A stretch of DNA of 54,174 nucleotides, filler included, from Sphacelaria rigidula (Eukaryota), in NCBI GenBank assembly GCA_964200075.2. It is 3 parts of 3 records of this genome, joined end to end, with 100 filler letters (N's around TTAATTAATTAA, not from the genome) between each part and the next. Parts side by side here need not be neighbours in the genome. Positions count along the whole stretch, not along the records: positions 18,103 to 36,088 come from CAXNAA020000944.1; positions 36,189 to 54,174 come from CAXNAA020000945.1; 1 more part is not named here. The stretch is one strand, 5' to 3'. Positions 24,706 through 37,044 of this stretch are shown in pieces. The translations under genes were made by a program, and so were the position numbers. The notes under the pieces were generated by a model. That model made no database searches and was not told the origin of the DNA. It saw only the letters and a list, made by a program, of their open reading frames with translations. Every line of letters begins with the position of its first letter. The first letter of the stretch is position 1.

Positions 24706-27700
24706 GCATCAGACTATATCGATACAGTGTACGAAGTACACTTTTCGCCCGTGTTTCGCCCGTGTTGTCCATTGTCCAGGGTGTGAAACATTCACGTGCA
24801 AACCTCAACAAGGCTCACTCTAACTTGGTACTGGGCAAAGAATACCCTAGCGACCACCTACATGGCTATCAGACTGCCACCATGCCTGCTGTTCAAGTTC
24901 TGGTACTGTCTGCAAGGGGACGTTGCCCCCCTACCAGGTAGCTTTGCAGGAGTCCATGGCATAACCCACGGTTTGCTCCGGAGGATCTCAACGTCGAGCT
25001 GTCGCGCGAGTTGGAAAAGGAACATTGAGCCCAGCACCCTCAGATATATAACGGAGCCTAAGAGGTGTTTGTTAGTTATATCGCGTCGAGCTCTCATCCG
25101 TGCGCGCGCAAATTTTCATTTTACATCTGGCAGGATCCGTTGCTGCCTCGACGCTGCTTTGATATCGTATTGTACTCTCTAAACTTCTCACAGGACAACG
25201 AGAGCGGGAAAAATAACTCGATGCTGATAACCACCGTTTCAACCCGCACAGCACCCTTAGTGCCTTTGGCCACCGGACCTATGGTATGAGCACATATCTT
25301 TGGCATCAAGCAAGATATAAAACAGAGTTTCAGTATCATCAGACACAAGGTGAGCTTTGTCTCGAAGCCTAACCCTCGTGAAAAAAAAAAAAACACTACT
25401 GTTGTGTAGGGGGAGTCTGGAAATTCAAATTGTCTCAGTTAGCTCAACACAAACTACAATCGCGTGGTGACCGCAGTTAGAGCACGATTGTACAACCGTT
25501 CAATGCCACCAAGACAAGCTATCAGAAATACAAGCTGCCTCTTCCTGTGCACACAGTTCGACCTCTCCAGGGAATTTGAACTTCATTAGGGGTATCTCCA
25601 AATCTCTACAGCTGGATGTCTTCGAGACTTGCTACTCTACTGTAGAGGGTCGGCAGCGAGCAACAGCAATGTGACCGCCGGACATAGGGAGCCTGTATCC
25701 CGTATTATCACAATACTTTTGTCGAGATCGTTCCAGTGACACAATTTTTGGCGGTACGCGCGCCATGACTTGAGAGAAAACAAAGGTAAAGGGTATTCGA
25801 CGCAAGATAGGGACAGAAGGAGAGGGTGTTATATACCGTAATCTGGGGTGGGTAAAGCACATCACTAAATCCGACAACAGTCTTTCACCTTTGCACTCGA
25901 CGACGATCTAGCGTGTAGCTCTTCAGTTGTTGGATCTCCACTTCTCCTAGAAACGATTTCAAATAAATGCGGCACATCAAGTGTTCTCGTTCCTGCTTCC
26001 TCGCGGTCCATGCTTTGCTTGGACGTATCGAAAACCAACCAACACCTGAACTACATGGCGGGCTGGGCTCATGTATTTCGTGTTTTTCAATTTCTATTTG
26101 GATATTTTATACTGTTTAAAGTCCCGTTGGTCATGGCAGCGCGGTATGTTTCATGTCCGGATGAGACACAATGTGCTATGGTCTGATTTTCTTAGGATGT
26201 AGAGCGGATACTAGTATCTTCAGGCGCCCAAAATGATGAGCGATGACAAGAAAAATAACCCCAGAACATCACCAAATACGAAGAGATCGCCGAATTTCCC
26301 ACTTCAAAGGTGTAATAATGATCCGACTGTCGCCATTAGGGTGGAGAGGACGGGGGTTCGATCCCCGATGCGTTGGGTTTTTTCTTCGTCATGCATGATT
26401 TCCACCGTCGAAAGCGTGAGAACGTGAGTAAATAAAAGTAGTCGACTGGGTAGTTGACGCGGTGCGGGAGTGCTGATCCAATCCGCGAGATCAAAATGAA
26501 ATGCACGTACCGGGGGAGAGATGGGTTGATCCTTTGAGACCACAGACTCATCCCGAGGGAGGGGAGGGGTTGAAAGTGTGAGGAAGCTCATTACAGTACA
26601 CGCTTCACAGCGAGTGACAAGGCTCGATTCCGAGTCTGAACCAACGAGCGAATTTAAGTATTTCAATAAAGATGGACGACTCGATGAAGGAGGAATCCGC
26701 TGGCGACCGCAGGGCGTTCGTTCACTTGCATCTCCCTCCTGTCCACTGGGCCTGCGCTCAGGGCGCACTGCGCTCAGGGCGCAGGTCCAGTGGCGTAAGA
26801 GGGGGTGAAGGAGGACGAGGTTTGAAGCATCATGGGAGTGAGGACAATATTGTTGTGTTTATTTATTTCTCCGTTGGGCTGCACGACAAACAGCTTGAAG
26901 ATGACATCGCATATACCTGGTAGTTTAGATCGCCTTTTGGGGAGGGGGGGGTGGGGGGGGGGGGCACACCTCCCAGTACTGTACTGCTGGGCCGATCTGA
27001 TTCAGGTACGAGAAGAAGATTCTCGCGGGGGGAACTATCCAGGATTGTTCAGCGTGTTTGCTTGGAAGGGTACATATAGCCCTATGGTCGCGCGTGTGTA
27101 AATGCTCGCGAGAAATGATTAATGGACCGACCCAACGAAAAGAAAGGAGATCTCTGGTGCACCATGAAGAACAATATAATTTTCGAACAGGAACACAGGA
27201 ACACGTGTGGCTCGCTGTTGGATTGAGCTATACAAGTACTTGTATCTCGTTTCTCACAGCCAGTGTAGTTGCTAATTAATTATTGTACTACAAAGGGTGG
27301 TACCCCGAGTCAAGAGCGCCAAGTTGAGAGTGTAGCTTCGTGACCCGCGTACTCACATATATCCAGTCAATATCAAATCATGGCATAAAATCATCCCGTA
27401 CAATGCCCAGGACTCAAACAAGTATGTATGCTCCTACTGTTGTACCTTATCCTGACACAGTGTACCTTACGGAATACTCTGGCAATCACACGAATAGAGA
27501 GCACGCGGAAGTTGACAGGGGTCAAAATGGCTTGTCACGAAAAAATAATGGCAAGATCGGGTTTCCTTTTATCCCCCGAACGGCGAGGGTAGTCCATCTG
27601 TATCATGCACACTTCTGCAAAATACCGATTCAACAGATGACCTACTCTCGTTGTGGAAGAGTTGAACCTTTGGGCGCCGGAAACCTCAGATGAATCCGAA

Positions 27701-28272
27701 ACTGATCCGCACAAAAGTGTGAAAAAAAAGGCGACTTCGGCCATATTAAAAATGCCATATTACGAGCAATGCTACGGTAGGGGTGCACTTTTTTCGCGAA
27801 ACTTTGTCTGGTTCAGGGGCTCCTAACGATTCTAGACGGACAAGAATATGGGTCGGGGCATCCCCGTTTGCAGATTTATTCGGGATATCCCCAGCGCATT
27901 GGAATAGTAAGCCTGGCGTACTCTCGCATATTTTCATAGGTCGTGTTTTGGATGAGATAAAGGCTCCTAACAATTCTGACCTCAGAAAATATTTGTGTAC
28001 CCCCTACCGTAGCATCCCTCTTACACAGATGAGGGATTTGAGACTTTGAATTTCTGCGAAAGGGAGCATTATCGGGGGTAGGTGGATAATACGTGCCAAA
28101 GCACATTTTTTGTCCCTCGATTTCTAGGTGACATAGGAGACCTTTTTTAGCCGAAAGATGATGCGTTCGCACAAATCCTTTGGGGGAACGGAAGACGGGA
28201 AACTCCCCGAAATAGTTCTAGGGGGTCGGGGGGGGGTGAGGTCTTCCATATGAAAGTCATTTGTCATTACTT

Positions 28273-28510
28273 TATTCCGTGGCCCGTGGCGGAGGATAGA
28301 TAGTTTATCTTTTTGTAATATTGGAGAGTGCCTTGACGGAGTCGATCCTATGATAGAGGGATCAGATGTGGAGTGAACTCAGACGGCAGAGTCGCAGCCG
28401 GCCTGAGCATGGCACTGTAGTCACACACACTTGACTCCCAGTACCCGTGCGTCAGCATAAACCTATCCGCACATGTGCATGTTCACTCAGTGTACCCGTT
28501 CACATGAATA
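28273..28510 (-). repeat. 3' LTR of the copia element
   Basis: Direct repeat of 33440-33679, about 11 substitutions and a 2-nt terminal deletion by eye. Confidence 0.95.
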
Positions 28511-28813
28511 CCCCCTCTGAACCGGTACATCAGTCGTCGTGGCTATCTCTCTCTCAAAAAAATTAAGGTATAAGGGGGAAACCCGGCCATCCGACCAAAA
28601 ACCCCTTCCCCTCAACAGCTTGTGCTCCATCTAGATAATCCATGGACGCCGGTCAAGGCAGATACACGTGATGTCAGGGAAACGCCCTACAAAACCCATG
28701 CCCCTCAAAGTAGCGTGGGTGACTTAACCCAAAATGCGCACCAACGCATCACTAACACCTGAAAATACCCGGAGCTAGCACAAGGGTCCACACAGAAGAA
28801 ACGTACCTACTTG

Positions 28814-30328
28814 TCACCTTCCAAGTTCATCAAAAAAACGTCTGTGCCTCGAAAACAGGTTGGTCGAGAGAGGCTTCATCAAAATATCAGCATGCTGCCA
28901 TCCTGAACCTGCATGCACAACCCTGATCTTTTCCGTCCCCACCAGCTCTCGAATGAAGTGATACCTTACGTCGATGTGCTTACTCCTTTCGGAAGTGAGG
29001 GGATTTTCGGCCAGAGCTTTCGCTCCCTCGTTGTCCTCGTACAAAACAATACCGTGGTCCTCCCCACATCCCGACACAGTCTGAGGTCGCAGGAACGTCG
29101 CTGCCTTTACAAACAATCCCTCCTTTGCCCCCTCGGCCATTGCGACATGCTCTTCTTCCGCAGTTAACAAAGTCACGCAGTGTTGCGTGCGGCTCGTTGC
29201 CGATACTACCACACCACCGTACATTACGGCTACCCCTGAGACCAAACGCCTATCCGTTTCCTTTTCGGCGTAGTCTGCATCGCAGTAAACTGAAAGCCCT
29301 TCATGTCCTTTCTTGAACGTACGTCAAAACTCCTTTGTCTCGTTAAGATACTTGAACACCTGTACAACCGCTTCCCAGTGCCTCTCGCACGGATCATGCG
29401 ATTGGCGAGCGAGCGCTCGCACTGAGTTTGCGATATACGGTCTAGTGACTGTTGCCAGCCACACCAGCCCCCCCACTGCGTTGCGGTATGGGCGATTCAC
29501 CACTGTGTCTTCACCCGTTGTCGGCCCCAACTTTACAGAAACAGGCAGGGATTTCCGAGTACCCCCTCACCTCAAAACACTCTAGGAGTGTCTTGGTGAA
29601 CGTGGTTTGCGTCACCAGTCTTTATCCACTGCACACCCCATGTACCATGTGGCCTCTCCGAGTTTATTCGTTGGAAACATTTTGTTCAGGATTTTGTCCA
29701 CCTTTCCTAGGTTTTTCTCAGAACCACTGATAAGAATGTCGTCTACATGAACAAGTAAAATCACATGCACGTCTCCTGCATCCTCCATCCTGAAAACACA
29801 TGGGTCAGCATCACACTGCACCATCCCGACATCGTCCAGTAAAGTTTGGCACAGAAGACGAGACCACTGCATGCCCGCTTGCTTGATCCCGTAAATAGAT
29901 TTTTCCAGCTTCACGGTCCTGTCTGTCAAAACGGAGCAACCTTCATGCAGCCTCATGTACACGTCAGTATCCATCTCTGCTCGGACGAAAGCCTGTGTCA
30001 CGTCAAAATGATACAGCGGCCACTCTTCCTGAACTGCCACTGCTATGACCAGTTTGATGGAGGCCATGGAGGGCGTTGCCGCGAAAGTCTCGAAATAGTC
30101 GACTGCAAAACGTTGTCCGAATCCTCGTGCTACCAACCTTGCCTTTGCCTTCGTTATAGTACCATCTGCGTCAGTTTTCCAAGTAAAAACCCACTTCGCT
30201 GAGATCACGTTTACTCCTTCCGGTACAGGGCCAGTCGAAATTGTTCCAGCCTTTCCATGACCTCCTAGTTCGGCCTGCACCACGCCTAGCGATGCCTCTC
30301 GAAACTCTGATTTTCCTATGTCATCCAT
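28814..30328 (-). pseudogene. pol: Copia reverse transcriptase and RNase H, frameshifted
   Basis: KWVFTWK..KAKARLVARGF, HFDVTQAF, LEKSIYGIKQA, LLVHVDDILI, YRNAVGGLVWL, LYEDNEGA..RSKHIDVRYHFIRE. Confidence 0.95.
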
Positions 30329-31289
30329 ACTGGTGGGTGCTGCCTGTCTGTCGCTTACATGTAGGCCGCCCGGTTAAGGCACACCGAATTCAGGTTGCCC
30401 TACTCTGTTTTCCTCAGCAACAAAACAAAAAAAACTCGTTTTCAGCTAACTCGTTTTGGATCGAGGCGATTGCGTCTTGTCCTGCCACCTGTCCTGCTGC
30501 CGCGGTGATCATCTCTATGGTTGAGCATTTGTCGCCGGCCATTCCCGCCAGCGCCATCTCCGCTTCCTTTCTGCTCTCCTCCGCTCCGCTAGCCACCAGC
30601 GTTTCGCCTCGTGTGTGTGCCGACCCCATGGCCTCGCGCGTTTGACTCCTCGCACGCCCCGCCCTTGGTGTTGGTAACTTGTCGGCCCACACAAGACGGC
30701 GTTGCTCGGTCCTCGAGAGTTGAGGAGCGTCACCGCCCCCCCCGCCGTGTTGCGAGGGACCCGTGGAAGAGGGTGACAGTGCGGGCGACGAGGGAGTGTT
30801 CGATGCCGATGTGAGCGTCGGCGTAGGTGTCGGCGTCGGCGTAGGTATCGGCGTCTGCGCTGGTGTCGGCGTCGGCGCTGATGTTGGCGTTGATGATGAT
30901 GATGATGATGATGATGATTCCGGCTCCGCCTCACCCCCTCCGCTGACAAGATCTGAAACGGGGATCTCTGGTATCGCCCCGCCTTCCCCCTCTCCTCACG
31001 GGGACGGTGAAGGCACTTCGCCCCCTCCACTACTGACGGGGATCTGCGGTGCTGCTCCGCCCCTCCCACCAACGGAACCCGCACGGGTGGCCACTGGGGT
31101 GCCTGCAACCTCAATTTTGGACGTTGCAGACGTTGCACAAGGTCTGTAACGTCCAAAATTCGGCGGGGAGGACGGTGCGCTTGAGGAACCGCTGGACGAA
31201 GTGTCCACTGTCGAGCTTTCCATCCTTACCGCACTCACTCCCTGGCCTTGATCGATGTTGAAATCCTTCAGCTCGCCCGGCGTCTGGAT

Positions 31290-32203
31290 CGCTTGTGCTC
31301 TCGTGTGCGTCGATCTTGGAATCGGCCGTCGCAGTCCCTTCGCCTCTGAGCAGCCGCGGCAGGGCTGCAGCTCCCCAGCCAGCTGCTTTCCCTGCTACTT
31401 CGCCGTCTTTCGCAGTAAGTCCTCGTGGACGTGGGCGTGACACAGTGGAATCCGTTCATGTCAGCGATCTGGGGGCTAGGCGAAGCCCCCGGGGCAATAA
31501 CAGCATATGCCGAAGCACACTTGTCACTACCACTTTGGTCGAGGCGGCGGGTGTACATTTTCAGTTGACGTGGTTGTCCGGGTATTTTCAGTGAAGTGCC
31601 TGAAATGAGATCTACACTGAAACCTGCACGAAAACCAGTGCAGGTGTGTCCCATGTTTGGATCCTCGTGAGTGACAAGAGGTGATGACGGATATCAGGTA
31701 CATGGTCAACATCCATTTATTGAGCATCACATCCTGTCCGTCAGATTTGAAGGCAAAAGACAAATTTTCTCTGCCTACGATCGGGTAAGTACTACCATCC
31801 GCGCACCGTAGTACCCTACCATTGCACTCTCTGTACTCCGTCATCCCATGGGAATCGTGGGAGAAGTGCTGGATAGCCCCCGTGTCGAATACCCACGGTT
31901 CGCCCTCACCCTGCTGACTATCACTCCCTGCCCAAAACTCAATGCATACTCACCTGTGTCGCCGTTGATGTTGGTGCCGAAAGAGGTGAAAGCCTCCCCG
32001 TCCGCCACCGAACAAACGGAGGAGCTGTCGCTGTCGTCGGCCGCGCCCATCGCCATCGCCATGTCTTCTTTCTTCGCTGTCGGTCTCGGACAATCCCAGA
32101 ACGTGTGCCCCTGCTGACCGCACCTCCCGCAGTGTCTCTTCGGGCAGTTCCTGGCTCGGTGCGTCGTGTTCTCGTCGCAAACGTGGCAGGGGAGCAGCTT
32201 CAC
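31290..32203 (-). pseudogene. Copia Zn knuckles, aspartic protease and integrase N-terminal Zn finger, frameshifted
   Basis: CHVCDENTTHRARNC and CGRCGQQGHTFWDC. WVFDTGAIQHFS near 31860-31895. H-A-H-V-H-EDLLRKTAK..LQPCRGCSEAKGLRRPIPRSTHTRA near 31295-31440. Confidence 0.85.
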
Positions 32204-32323
32204 AGTCGCCGGTTTACCTTCCGACGATGCCGACCCAGAGCTACTAGAACTCTGGCTCCCGCCGTTTTTCTGACCAGAGCCCTAGAGTTTTCCCGGTTTT
32301 CCCTTGCGGTGTGCACCGCTCGG

Positions 32324-33304
32324 TTATCCGGTCCCACCCCTGGCAAGGAGAGCCTGGTCGCCCGGGGACGACTTCTTTCCCCGGGCAAGTTCCTGCTTCA
32401 AAGCGGTCGATTCGAAGCGCTTTCGGGACGAGGTCAGCACAACCTCCCGTGTCAGCGGCCCCTCTCGATCCTCTAGCAACTGCTTCTGAACGTGATACTC
32501 GAAAGGCAATGCGTTGAGGTATTTCAAAAGGATATGGTTTTCGCTTAGTGGTTGATGTTCCTCGTGTAAGTTCAGGTCTCGTGCAATTTCCTCCATCTCG
32601 AGCAGCTTCTGCTCTGGATCATCACGAACACCAATCTTGACTCCATCGAACTTTTCCAACGCAGCAGTTCTCGCCCCATTTGTTTCGGGGCGAAAGACAT
32701 CCGCGAGTTTTCTCCAAACCGCACCCGGTGAGTGGACTCTGAGCAAAATATCTTGCTCCCTCTTTCCTTCTAAACTGGCAACAAGCATCCGTCTGGCCCT
32801 CACATGGGCTGCCACTATGCCCTTCCCGTGTCTAGTTTCTAGATGCCCCAGTGCTAATTCAGGGTCACCGACATCTACGTCGTGCGAACTATCGCCGGCT
32901 ATGGTAAACACCCAGTCAATTCCTTCGCCCCTCGCAAAGTTGACCAGCTCATATCTGTACCGAGCATAATCAGCGTTCTTCCCTAAAAATTTTGGGACGT
33001 TATGTCGGAAAACGGGAACCCCTGACACATTTCCACTTGCATCGTTTATTAAGATTGACTCACGTGCGGGGACAGAGCCCCTAGCTCTGTCACTTGTGGC
33101 CTCGTTGTCCCCTGCGTCGCGCGCTCCTTCCTCTGGAACAGCTTGACTCCCGATGTACCGTCGGTGTCTTCGAACTCCGGCACCATGTCGCTCCACTGTT
33201 CTGTTTGTGTTGGATTCCCCCTGTTGACTATGGGAACTATCACTATCGAGGACACCATTGGTTTCTGCGCCCCCGTACTCTCTTACTGCCCTCATATCGT
33301 CCAT
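32324..33304 (-). CDS. gag: Copia Gag-like ORF (326 aa)
   Basis: Open frame just downstream of the 5' LTR. Contains PGAVWRKLADVF and ILLKYLNALPFEYHVQKQLL, typical of copia gag (UBN2-like). Confidence 0.85.
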   Translation of the reverse strand: MDDMRAVREYGGAETNGVLDSDSSHSQQGESNTNRTVERHGAGVRRHRRYIGSQAVPEEGARDAGDNEATSDRARGSVPARESILINDASGNVSGVPVFRHNVPKFLGKNADYARYRYELVNFARGEGIDWVFTIAGDSSHDVDVGDPELALGHLETRHGKGIVAAHVRARRMLVASLEGKREQDILLRVHSPGAVWRKLADVFRPETNGARTAALEKFDGVKIGVRDDPEQKLLEMEEIARDLNLHEEHQPLSENHILLKYLNALPFEYHVQKQLLEDREGPLTREVVLTSSRKRFESTALKQELARGKKSSPGDQALLARGGTG

Positions 33305-33439
33305 GTTACTCTGTAGAGCAGCTTGGGACTCATCTGGCTATTCACCTCCCGCAATTGCTCAAAAACACCCTGCTCACCGACTACTGTAGCAGGCCTACTA
33401 CCTTGATCTGCCACTCTGCCCAACCGGTTGTAACACTAG

Positions 33440-33679
33440 TGTATTCCGTGGCCCGTGGCGAAGGATAGATAGTTTATATTTTTGTATTATTGGAGAGTGC
33501 CTTGACGGAGTCGATCCTATGATAGAGGGATCAGATGTGGAGTTAACTCAGCCGGCAGAGTCGCAGCCGGCCTGAGCATGGTACTGTAGTCACACACACT
33601 TGACTACCAGTGCCCGTGCGTCAGCATGAACCTATCCGCACATGTGCATGTTCACTCATTGTACCCGTTCACATGAACA
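33440..33679 (-). repeat. 5' LTR of the copia element (TG...CA, 240 bp)
   Basis: tgtattccgtgg...catgaaca. Confidence 0.95.
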
Positions 33680-34656
33680 GACTTTAGGTCAGGTAAAGGC
33701 ACCGCTTTTAAGTTGAACTTCGTTTTTTGCTTAAAACCCATTTTTTAGAATCCTCTGTTGTTTGTAAAGTACGGTTCGCCGGCTCATAATAAATCTGAAA
33801 GGCATAGATCAATGTAGGTGGGGTGCCCCGCAGTACAGTACCGTACTGTGTTTTTGCCTGAAGACGGAGCACTTGAAGCTAAAGGTTGTCAGCAGGCAGA
33901 GCACCTGCAGTTAAAGCGTGTGAGCTGACAGAGCACCTGCAGTTTGAGGACGTGATCATTTTAATACTGATAAATGACCCAAATTAAGCTTCACTTCACA
34001 TTTGATTAAAGTATGGGACGGAGCAACATTTATTTCATTTACGCTCATAATATATTAGACTATGACAATAATAATGATAATGATGAAACAATGGCAGCAA
34101 CATTAACAACAACAGCAACAATATTAAATGTTGATAATATTATCAAAATTATTATTGGCGTGTATGTCTCGCCGCTCCATACACTGATCAGTACATTCGT
34201 GTCCGCTTTGTTTCCATACCTTATCCACATCAAAAATTATCATTTCCGGAACAGTATTTTACACTACTAGACGCTCCATCTTGCGTCCGACGTCCTATAC
34301 AGCGTATAGTTTTATTAACGGTGAATCGGGGGGGACACTTACTATCCGTTCACTACCACTACCGACCACCCTGGGGGTGACCGTATATATAGACGACCCC
34401 AAGCTAAAATGCACAGGAAGAACAACGACTACTTCCCGGCTGCCTCCCACCTCGCGACCTACGCACCAACGCTTACCGACTTAACCCAGGTGTTTTTTCG
34501 GTCAAGGTTGGTGTCTTGGTGTTGTGTTGTGGTGTTGAGTTAACACCAGAACATCAGACCGTCGAGCAGAAGCACCATGGGCGCACCGGGGTCGAATGTC
34601 AGAGGCTGGGATCCCAAGTTCTTCGCGTGCCTTTATTTCCTCGGTCATCCTGGGCA

Positions 34657-35231
34657 TTAATCCTCAGACCGCGAGAGTAGTCCATCTGGATTATGTACGC
34701 TTTGTCCGAATGAAATCGATGCCGATTCAACATATGACCTACCCTGGCTGTAGAAGGGTCAACCCTTTGACCGTGAGGATAGGTCATCTCGACATGCGCT
34801 CATTTTTCGAGTGAAGTTTACCTGCGTTCACGGTCGAAGGGTTAACCCCTTGACGCGCCAGGGGAGGTCATCTGCGTCATGCTCTATTTTTTCCAAGTGA
34901 CTTCGATACCGATTCGACAGGTGACCTATGCTTGCCGTCAAATGGTTATCTGCAGTGTGTATAACTACCTCTCCCCAGCACTCGGTTGACTTGTGGCTTG
35001 GAGGCAGTTGTTTGTCGCTTAGACTACTTGTCGTCGGGCAGTGAGTGATGTGCGTGCCGTTGGGCAGTGAGTGCTGTTTTATGTTATGTCTGAAATGCCA
35101 CTGCTTGCCGTTCGGCAGTGGGTGATCTTCATGCCACCGCTGGAGTGCCACTGCTTGACGTTGGGCAATAAGTGATGTTCACTTGAAGTATGCATGACCC
35201 AGATGGACTATCCTCGCGGTCTACGGATTAG
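34657..35231. mobile_element. MITE with about 40-bp TIRs, possibly piggyBac-like
   Basis: ttaatcctcagaccgcgagagtagtccatctgg / ccagatggactatcctcgcggtctacggattag. Internal gccgttgggcagtgag repeats. A partial related copy lies at about 27568-27672. Confidence 0.65.
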
Positions 35232-35405
35232 TCCTCGGACTATTGCCGTTGTTGTTGTTGTTGTTGTTGGTGTCTTCATAGAAAAAATCGTTCCGGCTAC
35301 TCTGTTCTGGGCATCTGATGCGGACGCCTTCCGTGGTCACAGGCTGACTACCTCAAGTTAGGGTGAAAGAAATTCATAAAATAAAAATCGGACCCAGACG
35401 ATCTA

Positions 35406-36088
35406 GTGAAGCGTATCCTGTCGAAGGAATTGGTATATGTGATGATAGACGCTAACGCGCGTAGGGGTCGAAGAATGGGAGAGAGCCTACAGGGAAATGG
35501 GGTCATAGGCGCCTACGGACGTGATGAGCTTAATGATAACGGCCTCCTACTGTTAACAGTCGCAGCCGACAACAGACTAGCCATCACGAACACCTTCTTC
35601 AGCACGCGTAAAGGTGGAATATCACACACGTACAACGGTGTCGCAGGGAACCGTGCCAGTGACTTCAAGCGCATAGACTACATTTTTACCCGGCAGGAAC
35701 ACCGAGGTAGAGTGCGCAACGTAATCATACACCCCCAACCCGCACCCCCGGCAAAAGCGGACTCTGACCACAATATGGTGGTAGCCACTGTTGATCTCGG
35801 TGGCCGCTTCGCCCACAACCGCCCCACGCGAACTCAACCGAAACAGCGGCGGTTCAGTAGGCAGCAGCTGCACGTCGAAACTACCCGGCAACATGTGGTC
35901 CAAAGGTTCTTACACAACCTGGGAGAGCGAGCATACCAGCCTCCCCCCTCCGCACCGGAGGCCGCGAGGAAGTTCACCGAAGCTATCCTCGAAGCAGCAC
36001 AAACCGTACTCCCGGCAGAAACACGAATACCACGTATGCCGGAATGGTGCGAAAACCCCGAGACGAGAGCATCAGTGGAGGCAGCGCT
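35406..36088 (+). mobile_element. LINE (RTE-like) apurinic endonuclease fragment, cut by the gap
   Basis: VMIDANAR..GAYGRDELNDNG..LAITNTFF..HTY..KRIDYIF..DSDHNMV are APE endonuclease motifs. Confidence 0.92.
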
Positions 36089-36188
36089 NNNNNNNNNNNN
36101 NNNNNNNNNNNNNNNNNNNNNNNNNNNNNNNNTTAATTAATTAANNNNNNNNNNNNNNNNNNNNNNNNNNNNNNNNNNNNNNNNNNNN
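36089..36188. other. Assembly gap with TTAATTAATTAA spacer
   Basis: N-run with linker. Confidence 0.97.
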
Positions 36189-36651
36189 ACAAACATGCGT
36201 AGCTCATACAGCTCTCACAGCTCACCCAGGACGAATCTGAGCTGATGAGCTACGGGTTGGTAGCTCACCTATCGCGAGCGTGCGTAGCTCATACAGCTCG
36301 CATAGCTGACTCAGGACGAATCTAAGCTGATAAGTTAGGGGTTGGTAGCTCACGTACGGCAAACCTGCGTAGCTCATACAGCTCTCATAGCTCACCCAGG
36401 ACGAATCTGAGCTGATGAGCTACGGGTTGGTAGCTCACGTTTCGCAAGCGTGCGTAGCTCATATAACTCCCATAGCTGACTCAGGACGAATCTACTGATA
36501 AGTTACGGGTTGGTAGCTCACGTACGGTAAACATGCGTAGCTCATACAGCTCTCATAGCTTACCCCAGGAAAAACATGCGTAGCTCATGTAGCTCTCATC
36601 GCTCACTAGCAAGCTATGCTCAAAAAGAGCTAGCTCGAGCTATAGGGCGCT
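36189..36651. repeat. AGCT-rich tandem array of about 85-bp units with alternating A/B variants, probably a MITE subterminal region
   Basis: tgcgtagctcat recurs at about 36196, 36281, 36366, 36451 and 36534. A units contain the hairpin tgagctac-gggttg-gtagctca, and B units a variant of it. Confidence 0.85.
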
Positions 36652-36758
36652 GATCTGTCCGACGTGTGCAGTGTTCGCTTCCTGAACAAAACATATGTTG
36701 TATAGTCCGTCGCGGGATGAAGCATCAACGATCTCCGAGGCCGCTTGCCCGACGCAAA

Positions 36759-37031
36759 CCTCACTGTACACATGTCAAACTTATTTTTTTCACAATCGAT
36801 CATGCCGGGACTCGAACCGCATAACTTTTTCTCAGGAAGCGAACAGCTTACCCATTGAACCAGTGAGCGCTTACTGGTTCTCGTAAGCCTCACTGCTCAC
36901 ATGTCAAACTCATTCTTTCCACAATCAATCATGCCAGGACTCAAACCGCATATATTTTGTTCAGGAAGCGAACAGTTTACCCATTGAACCAGTGAGAGCT
37001 CACTGGTTCAACGGGTAAACTGTTCGCTCCC
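36759..37031 (-). mobile_element. Two tandem tRNA-derived (Arg-CCT-like) SINE heads plus an inverted half copy
   Basis: Minus strand reads cgctcactggttcaatgggtaagctgttcgcttcctgag...gcggttcgagtcccggcatg, with A box TGGTTCAATGG and B box GGTTCGAGTCC. Unit spacing about 129 bp. Confidence 0.7.
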
Positions 37032-37044
37032 CGAAAATCTAAAT

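Larger units (their letters stand above)
28273..33679 (-). mobile_element. Ty1/copia LTR retrotransposon, two LTRs, defective
   Basis: About 240-bp direct LTRs, TSD TACTT/GACTT, PPT agaggggg at 28511-28518. Domain order on the minus strand is gag, Zn knuckles, protease, integrase N-terminus, RT, RNase H. Confidence 0.96.

Noticed and set aside
24861..24998. Upstream exon of the LRR gene (also candidates near 14650-14759, 25640-25768 and 26600-26750)
   Set aside because: Splice-like signals exist, but there is no recognisable domain and no phase-consistent chain to the LRR exons.
30515..31156. His/Arg-rich 213-aa ORF and its antisense Asp/Gly-Val ORF
   Set aside because: Alternative frames of the low-complexity copia integrase-RT linker.
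36189..36610. CRISPR array or hammerhead ribozyme array
   Set aside because: No unique spacers or cas genes. CTGATGA plus a stem is followed by TCAC, not the required GAAA.
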